Source: the human T2T-CHM13v2.0 reference genome, Homo sapiens. Taken from it: a stretch of 64,000 bases of DNA. Below are positions 53,962 through 64,000 of this stretch, piece by piece (within the stretch, counting starts at the first letter, position 1; each line of letters opens with the position of its first letter). Location of the stretch: the NCBI RefSeq assembly GCF_009914755.1, contig NC_060937.1; one strand, written 5' to 3'. The position numbers and the translations under genes are program-made. The notes under the pieces are model-generated. The model was not told the origin of the DNA, searched no databases, and saw only the letters and a program-made list of their open reading frames with translations.

Positions 53962-54993
53962 TAGATACGTACACACATCACAGTAGATTCATGCACAGCC
54001 CACACAGGCAACCTCCAGACTAGGGTGTCCGAGAAGGCCAAGCATTAGGCATCGATGCTGGAATGCCAGCCTTAGATATGTTCAAGGCCTTGCAGTCAGA
54101 AAGACTTTATGAGAACGGCAGCCTGATGAGCAATTTGGAGCCCATGTTGCTATGTGGGATGAGGGTGGGATTTATGGCACTGGAAAGATTTGTTGATTTT
54201 GGGGGCAGAGAAGGTGAATTCATATAGTGACCAACTGGGAATGACCCAGCTACACAATCTTTCTAATCTATGCCAAAGCTGTACAGAGAAAACTTATTTG
54301 TGAATAGGATTGCCAAATTTGTTCCCAGTGACAGAAAATCTATACTTGGTAAGTAGGGAAATTCCAATAGGTAACAGAGAAAACGGGCAGGTTCTGTCCT
54401 AATTTCCTGCTCCTACTTGTTCTGGGATTTAGTTGCAGTTCATAGCATCTGGTTCCTGTGCATTCACAGAAATAGGCCCAAGTACCTGTCAGAAGGAAAT
54501 GAATTGAGAGAATCTTCAAGTCACTCAGAACAGTGAAAGTAACTGAAAATTAAATTAAACCATTGAAGTCGGTTGCCTATAAACATGATGGTGATGATAA
54601 GCTAACATTTATTAGACTTTTGGGATACACTAGGAACTACACTATGAGATTTTTGTGAACTATTTTATGTAATGTTCCTGATATTTTGAGGTAGATTTTA
54701 TTATTATCTCTTTTTATGGATATAAGTAACTCAGCCAACATCACACAGGTAGCAAGCAGCAGAGTTGGGACTTGAACTCAGGAAGTCTAAGGGTTTGCAT
54801 AGGAACCACTGAACTCTTTGGTTTTATGAGTGGCATTACTGGGGCCTTTCATAGTCTACTGTGTACACATTCCCAGTCTTGTTAAGTGTGTGTAATGAAA
54901 TTCTGTTACTTATATTATTTTTTTAAACGAAAGAAAAATACCAAAAATAAATAAATAAATAAATGGATTTAAGCAAGGAAGCCTACCAAAATG

Positions 54994-55306
54994 TTTTTAT
55001 TGTTGTTTTTGAGACAGGATCTCACTCTTGCTGCCCAGAGTGAAGCGAAGGCTGGAGTGAAGTGGCTTGATCATGGCTTTCTGCATTCTTGACCTCCCAG
55101 GCCCAAGCAGTCCTCCTGCCTTAGCCTCCCAAGTAGCTGGGACACTACAGGCACATACCACCGGGCCTGGCTAATTTTTTAATCTTCCTGGAGACAGGGT
55201 CTCTCTATGTTGCTTAGATTGGTTTCAAACTTCTGGGCTTCAAGCAATTCTCCCACCTCAGCCTCCCAAAGTTCTGGGGTTACAGGCATGAGCCACCATA
55301 CCCAGC
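54994..55306 (-). mobile_element. AluJ
   Basis: Alu consensus match. Confidence 0.88.
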
Positions 55307-55959
55307 CCCCAAAATGATTTTAAAGAATGGAAATCAACTTTGAGACTCTACATCCAGTATTTTATAATGGATGTATTTCCATAGCATGACTTGAAAATGT
55401 ACCTACTTTATACATGTGTGAAAGGTGCTTTCTATTCATGTGTAGACTCTTAAGGGAGCTCCTTTTACTATCAAATGTATACATTATTACCCCCTTAAAT
55501 TTCAGTAACTGCTGGTCATATAATCAATTTTAAGTTGCTGCTCAGTTTTATAGAATAAATGTTTAATATTAGACTGCTAGAATATTAACAAATGCCATTC
55601 ATTATTTTTCAGGAATGAGTATAATACTAATTGTTTCACATGTCCAGTTAAATCTGTTTGTGTGATAAAAGAGAATGCTATGCTGCACCAGATGTAGCAC
55701 ATTGTTCTAAAATCCTGTGATATATTTGTCAAAACTATTTTCCAGTTTATTATCTTTACTCTAGAGTCTAATTTATAACTAGTATATATAGTAAGGCATT
55801 TTATATTTAAGATAAATCTATTATTAAATGAAAATATTTCTCATCAATTGGTTATAGGTAATAGCTCATTTTATTTCCTTTGTTTTATAAATCTATTATT
55901 TTTCCAGTTACTTTTCCAGTTACTTGGTTCTCATGAGTAGATTAGAAATGGGAGATCTT

Positions 55960-56429
<470 letters not shown>

Positions 56430-57496
56430 TTAAAAAAGAATCCTAGTAGGAGTACATTTCTCTTACTTTTGGATAATAAATACTATGTGAGGCACTCTTT
56501 CTCTTCCTTGGATGCTTCTTCAGATTTTGATGGAGAAGAAACATGAACCGGGTTTGCTCTCTGCATTCCTTTGTCTGATTTCCCAAATGTTCTTGGTTGC
56601 ACTTCCCAGAAAGATGGAATGTCTGGGACTACTCAGGGGAAACTGTTAGGTGCAGCTGCTCTCCCCTCCAGTACTGGCCATCGCTCAGTTCCCCTGAAGG
56701 GAATATTCCTACATGGCTTCTCCAGTGGTGTAACACAGCTCTTCTGCCAGCAGCCTCGGCCAGGGGCCAAAGGACCAGAAAGAGGGGGAGGAGGTAGAGT
56801 CTCCTTAGCCACCCCAGAGGTATCTTCCTGCCCCGAGGACATGAAGTGAACTTAGTGCATACCATAGTGTTTTAGACGAAAAGTAAGAGTGGCTCCTGGG
56901 AGCTAATCTTTAATAAAGGAGCATGTTGTTTTGAAAAATGTGATACTAATAATTTGTGGCAAAGGTTTAAGTTCTAGTGAAATAAAGTTAATGGCCATGT
57001 ATTTGTGATCTCAAGCAATAGGTTGGCTGCTTTCCTTTGAGTCTGGGAGAGTTCTAGCATTTTCCTTAGAGGATAAGTCACCTTTCCAGTCTTGATCATG
57101 AATTGAGGCATTTCTTGGCTTCCCTGGCATTACCGTTTAGCTTGTCCAGAGTACTGGGAAAATGGCACGTTACCAAACTCCTTGATGAGGGAAAACAAAA
57201 GCTGGTCATTGAATTGGAGGGATGATTTTCATTGCTCTCTCTTCATCCCTTCTTGTCATTTCTGCCTCTCTCACAGGTAAATGTGTTCATGCTCACATTT
57301 AGGGTGGATGCCCTGGGACACAGGCAGACATGGAGCAACATACTTGTGTCTGGCAGGGTTAAGCCCTACAAATCCCAGCACGTGTTCTTACAACTCATCT
57401 CGTCCCCATGACAACTGCGTGAGGAAGGGATTTGGGCTGATAATTTCTTCAATATCTAAATAATGATCGGCTCTACCTCATCCTTTGGACACGAAA

Positions 57497-57811
<315 letters not shown>

Positions 57812-58371
57812 TGAAACACAATAATAACTCTATCACTATCTTCCCCTCACTCTAGTGGGTTGCAATGGATGGTTTGGGGGTGGTCGTTTTGCAGATCAAT
57901 TTCTATGTGCCCTAGAGAAAATAAGCTGTCATGCTAACAAAGTTATTAGGCATATCAAACATATCAATATATGTAATGAAGAAGGAGGCAATAAGTCCTT
58001 GAGTATTTAGGAAATATTTAATCCTACACATTAATCATTAAACAAATAAACAAAGCTCCCACATGAAGTAGAATGTGAGTTTCTCAGGCCAACCTGAAGT
58101 TTAGAACTATTTTAGGGTAGGCAGGTCATGGGCTTCATTTGCTTCTGAGATTTTCCATGAAAGAAATGTCTGTTCCTCTGAGGAAGCCCGCAGCCATGGG
58201 TACCTCTGCAAGGCACAACTAAATGGAATGTCTGTAAAAAGCACAACCCTCTGTGAAAAAATAATTATGAGGCACTCTGGAATTCTGAACACTGCATATT
58301 AGTGATAATAAGAATTATTGTTATTTTAGGTTATATAAATGTATAGCAGTTGTTCCAAAAAAGTGCTTATC

Positions 58372-58668
58372 AGCCGGGTGCAGTGGCTCACGCCTGTAAT
58401 CTCTGCACTTTGGGAGGCAGAGGCAGGTGGATCACTTGAACCCAGGGAGTTCAACACCAGCCTGGGTAACATGGTGAAACCCCCATCTCCACAAAAAATA
58501 CAAAAAACTAGCCGGGTGTGGTGGTGCATGTCTGTCATCCCAGCTTCTCAGGAGGCTGAGGTGGGAGGATTGCCTGAGCTTGGGAGGTGGAGGCTCCAGT
58601 GAGATGGCACCACTGCTCTCTAGCCTGGGTGACAGAGCCAGATCCTGTTCAAAAAAAAAAAAAGAAAA
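58372..58668 (+). mobile_element. AluJ
   Basis: Alu consensus match. Confidence 0.88.
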
Positions 58669-58839
58669 GTCTTTATCATAATATAGCTTAAAATATGTTA
58701 AAAATGTGAATATATCTCTATATAATTGTATATATTTAATGTATAATATAATTACACTATATGATTATAATTGACATATTAACATATTTTATATTATATT
58801 ATAAATATATTTCTATGTATTTAATATACGTACATTTAA

Positions 58840-59047
58840 TGAGTGAAATACTGTGATATCCAGGTTTACTTCAGAGCTATCCTGGTATATGTGTGTGGGG
58901 GGTGGGGGTGGCAGTTAGGTGGTGCTTAGAAGAAATAAGATTAACTGTGAATAGACAGTTGGTGAAGCTGGGTGACAAACATGACAGTTCAGGATACTAT
59001 TTTCTCCATTTTCAAATGTATATTAGAAATTTTTTATAATAAAAAAG
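58840..59047 (+). mobile_element. Old L1M 3' end fragment
   Basis: gttggtgaagctgggtgac...gttc...tactattttctcc.tttt...aaatttttataataaaaaag. Confidence 0.55.
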
Positions 59048-59073
59048 TTTTTTTTTTTTTTTTTTTTTTTTTT

Positions 59074-59519
<446 letters not shown>

Positions 59520-59620
59520 TCAACAATAAAAACAAAAAGCTTAACCTTATTGGTAAACAGGAAAATGAAAATTAAAACAAAACTCATTTGACTTGGAAAC
59601 TTAATAAAGCTGACATTCCC

Positions 59621-60251
<631 letters not shown>

Positions 60252-60542
60252 CATTTCCAAATTTTGATAACAATTCAGAAATTAGTAAATAGCATAAGCT
60301 ACTACTGTGTGCATAGATTGGTAGAATCATTTTGGAGAAATATTTGGCAGTATACATTAAATTTAAACTTGAGTCCTCTCAAAAAAATGAATTCTTATCC
60401 TTGGTATATGCTCCAGAGAAATGCGTGTTTATGTATGTACACCAAAAACCATGTAGCTGTTTATAATTGCCAAAATCATTGGGAATGAAACAAAAAGCCT
60501 TTAATAGGCAAACATTTTTTTCTTCAAACCATCATAATGTTC

Positions 60543-61955
60543 TGTATAGAAAAAAACAACATTTTTTCTCCCTATTGTACTGCTTTTACTCACAACACTT
60601 CACTGCTGACAATGGATTGTGTGGATTTTCATTTCCTCACACCAACCAATTCTCCAAGACCAAGTGGGTGTCTAACAATTCAGTTCAATTCATCTCAATT
60701 CTGTCACTAACCAGAGTTAGCACCAACCTCACTGATTAAAGGCTGAATCCCACTAGACTGCCTCCCACTTCACTTGCCAACTACAAGTAGTAGGTTCCCA
60801 GGTTACCCACAACTTCTGTCTGACTTGATTACAAATCAGAGGTTCTGATGACCCCCTCCCTTAGGTTCAGTAATTTGGTGGAGCACCTCACAGAAATCAG
60901 AAAGACAGTTTACTTAAATGGAAGTGGTGAGAATCAAAATGCAGTCACTACTGTTGAGAAAATCCTGATAAATAGAGCTAGGGAAGGCCTCCAAGAGAGG
61001 GTTCTCATGCTTGTTTGCTTGATAACAAAAAAGACTATGCAAAAACCACAACCTTGCACAAAGGCTATCACAAACTTACACAAAAAAATACTTCTGAAAG
61101 AACTTATGCCCAGCAACTGCCTGTCCAGTTTCGGACTGTTGTCATCCTTGTTATTGATCTTTGTAGCCAAGAATAAATATTTCAAAACAATTATATAATC
61201 TTTGTATTTTTTTTGAAGACCTTTGTCTTCCTTTACCTTCCTGAATATGCACATAGTTTACTAAGGCATGAGTATTCCCATTACAGTGTTTTATTCTCAG
61301 GTAAGTATCTTTCCCTCTAGGGAGGATCTCTCTGTTATTTAGGTTGGCGCTTACTATTGTGGACTTATAACACAGGATATTTTAAATAATACAAATGAGC
61401 AGCCAGATGAAGCAGTACCTTGGACAAGGTCTGGAAGGATTTCAAGCACAGGAGCTTCTGTCCCCGTGAAGTTGGGGTTAGTCACCCTCCTAACATGGGA
61501 ATGTGTTCATCAAACTGGAAGCTCTCCAAAACCCTTACTCTTGGAATTTTTACGGAGGCCACATCATGTAGGCATGACTGATTATTAACTACATTTCTAG
61601 CCCTTCTCCCTTCTCCAGAGAATAGGGGATGGGGCTAAAAGTTCTAAGCTTTTAATCATGGCTTGGTCTTTCTGGTGATCAGCCCCATCCAGGAGATGAA
61701 CAAGAGACGCCTCAGTAAAACGAAAGACACTCCTATCACCCAGGAAATTCCAAAGTGTTTAAGAGCTCTGTGTCAGATATTCCTATCACTAAAGAAATTT
61801 CAAAGGTCTTAGGAGCTGTATGTCAGAAGCTGCATCAAAGTTTAACTATTAGAACAAAAGATTCTCCTAGAACCGCTATTTACAAGGTTTCTAGGAGCTC
61901 TGTGTTAGGAACCAGGGACAGAGACCAATGTATATATTTCCTATTATTTCAGTGT
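60543..61955 (-). mobile_element. MER21-family LTR, split by a nested LTR
   Basis: cacaccaaccaattctcca...ggttcccaggttacccacaacttctgtc...cacaggagcttctgtccccgtgaagttgggg...cctatcacccaggaaattccaa subrepeats...gagaccaatgtatatatttc. Confidence 0.75.
60917..61349 (+). mobile_element. MER4-group ERV1 solo LTR (MER93-like) nested in MER21
   Basis: gagaatcaaaatgcagtcact...aaaccacaaccttgcacaaaggc...gttatttaggttgg; 4-bp TSD ctta (60913-60916 / 61350-61353). Confidence 0.7.
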
Positions 61956-62127
61956 TTATCCCTGGTCTCTGATCACAGACCCCTCACCAAAAAATGTTCA
62001 TATCTACCAGAACAGTTACATTTAGTGTAGCATTTATAGAACAGATAGAGCAGTAGTACCAATACATGTATGCCTAACATTTGGAACCCAGTATGGAGAA
62101 AGGATAGATTTAAATAAACAATTAAAA

Positions 62128-62445
<318 letters not shown>

Positions 62446-62450
62446 TCATA

Positions 62451-62454
<4 letters not shown>

Positions 62455-62484
<30 letters not shown>

Positions 62485-62735
62485 GACAGGGGTTTGCTGT
62501 GTTGCCCAGGCTTTAGTACAGTAGTACAATCCTGGCTCACTGCAACCTCAAACACCTGAGCTCAAGCAATCCTCCGACCTCAGCCTCTAGAGTTTCTGGG
62601 ACTGCAGATGTGCACCACCATGCCTGGCTAATTTAAAAAAATTTTTTTGTAGAGACAGGGTCTCACTATGTTGCCCAGGCTGGGGTCTGAAATTCCTGGC
62701 CTCAAGTGATCCTCCTGCCTCAGCCTCTCAAAGTG
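62455..62735 (-). mobile_element. AluJ
   Basis: Alu consensus match. Confidence 0.88.
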
Positions 62736-62906
62736 CATTTGGATATTCTTATACTAATATGATTATTCTTACCCCCTCCTTCATCTACACCTATTTTTGC
62801 CTTATAATAAGGTTTTATAGATTTATTTAGCACAAGAATGAGCTGATGGTTAACTAGATAAAGTTATTCAACAAACCATTTTCCCTAGGTATTTCATCCT
62901 GAGGAG

Positions 62907-62975
62907 GCTTTAACTCCATCTTCCAGTACGCTTTAACTCCATCTTCCAATATGCTTTAACTCCATCTTCCAATAC
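62907..62975 (+). repeat. 23-bp tandem repeat x3
   Basis: gctttaactccatcttcca(g/a)ta(c/t) three times. Confidence 0.92.
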
Positions 62976-64000
62976 ACTTGATCGTCAATATCAGATCATG
63001 AAACTTATTTACATGAGGTAGTTTAGTCTTACCAACAATGCCAGTATTACATCTTTTTGTGTTGTGACCATGGTATAATTCAATTTCATAAAAAAGCAAG
63101 AATTTCAAAGGTATTTGCTCTTCCTTTCCCACAGAATCTACTCTTGCTCACACAAGGGCAAATGTCAGTACAATTAGACAGGACAGTTATTTCTGTAAAT
63201 TAATTGGGAACAAAGCCAGTCAGCCCATCTTATCTCTCAGGTTTGTACTGAGGCTGAGTTCCATTGTGTGTTATTACACAGCAGGGCCCACCTCACACCT
63301 ATGGGGAGGACACAGTAATATTTACAAGACCTCCTATCCTTATTAACTGTCTCGTGGGATATATTTTAATATCAACCAGTTACAGATGTGAGAACAGTCC
63401 TATTTGTGTAAATTACAAGTGTCCCCAGAGAACTTCCACATGTTTGGGGAGCCATAAGACTCACACAGGTGTGCCCCTGGAACCTCAGCAGCTAGAATAG
63501 AAGGCCATCGCCTCATGCCCACTTCAGTTTTCATTTGAATTAGTCATGAGGCTACGTTGGGTTCCAGCACAGACCCATTTCCAACATTGGATTTTAGCAG
63601 TGTCCAGTGTTATTTATTGAGTCTGCCTAACCCACTTTGCTAATGCCTCATTATCTTCCCAGGCTGATCCCCTTTGCCTTCTTCCCAAAAGAGCATTCCT
63701 TCTCTTCTAGTTAATACATCTTTTTCCTTTGAATGCTACTCCTCATTAAAGAGCAAACACAACTCATCTTAGTATACCTAGCTTGGCATCTATCTACCCT
63801 GTAGCCCGTTTCTGTCTTGTGGGCCAGTGTTGTTTAAGCCACCATTAAACTATTAGTTACTATTGTGCACTAATAACACCAGTGCACTTAGAATACGTTT
63901 TGCATCCAGAAATGTTGGATCCCTCATACTAGGCTTAGATGAGCAATCACACGCAGATGTAATTTAGTTTGAGTGTACTATGAGGCCTCCCAGGATTTCC

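Noticed and set aside
53445-54041. 198-aa minus-strand ORF
   Set aside because: Lies mostly in a degenerate non-autonomous Tigger; non-ATG start and no transposase motifs.
61725-61910. Spaced repeats cctatcac...aaatt.caaag...gagct.tgtgtcag
   Set aside because: Internal subrepeats of the MER21 LTR.

Overview
Human (or very close primate) genomic DNA containing the SPRY2 (Sprouty RTK signalling antagonist 2) locus. The 315-aa CDS lies in one exon on the minus strand (18820-19767). A non-coding first exon sits in a large CpG island (~20.85-24.05 kb). The 3'UTR carries 8-mer seed sites for miR-21, miR-23 and miR-27 and ends near an ATTAAA at ~18040. The protein carries Ser at codon 106, where I recall Pro in the reference. 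The flanks are very Alu-dense and also hold a solo LTR12C (ERV9) inserted into an Alu, a 5'-truncated L1PA, nested MER4-group/MER21 LTRs, MaLR/MLT2 LTRs, old DNA transposons, and a full-length U6 retrocopy. Nearly all other ORFs in the track are Alu/LTR/L1 or GC-rich artefacts. I cannot support a wholly new biological system. The most unusual signals are: (1) a U6 snRNA fused to an unidentified ~107-nt polyadenylated sequence; (2) two independent ~125-bp locally templated insertions with fold-back inverted repeats at their junctions; (3) an out-of-frame overlapping uORF whose AUG is the first in the predicted SPRY2 mRNA; (4) a candidate 90-nt 5'UTR cassette exon; (5) an intronic TCF/LEF motif cluster; and (6) a convergent CTCF motif pair bracketing the LTR12C. 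Repeat subfamily names are from recall of consensus sequences, not from a search, and repeat boundaries are approximate.
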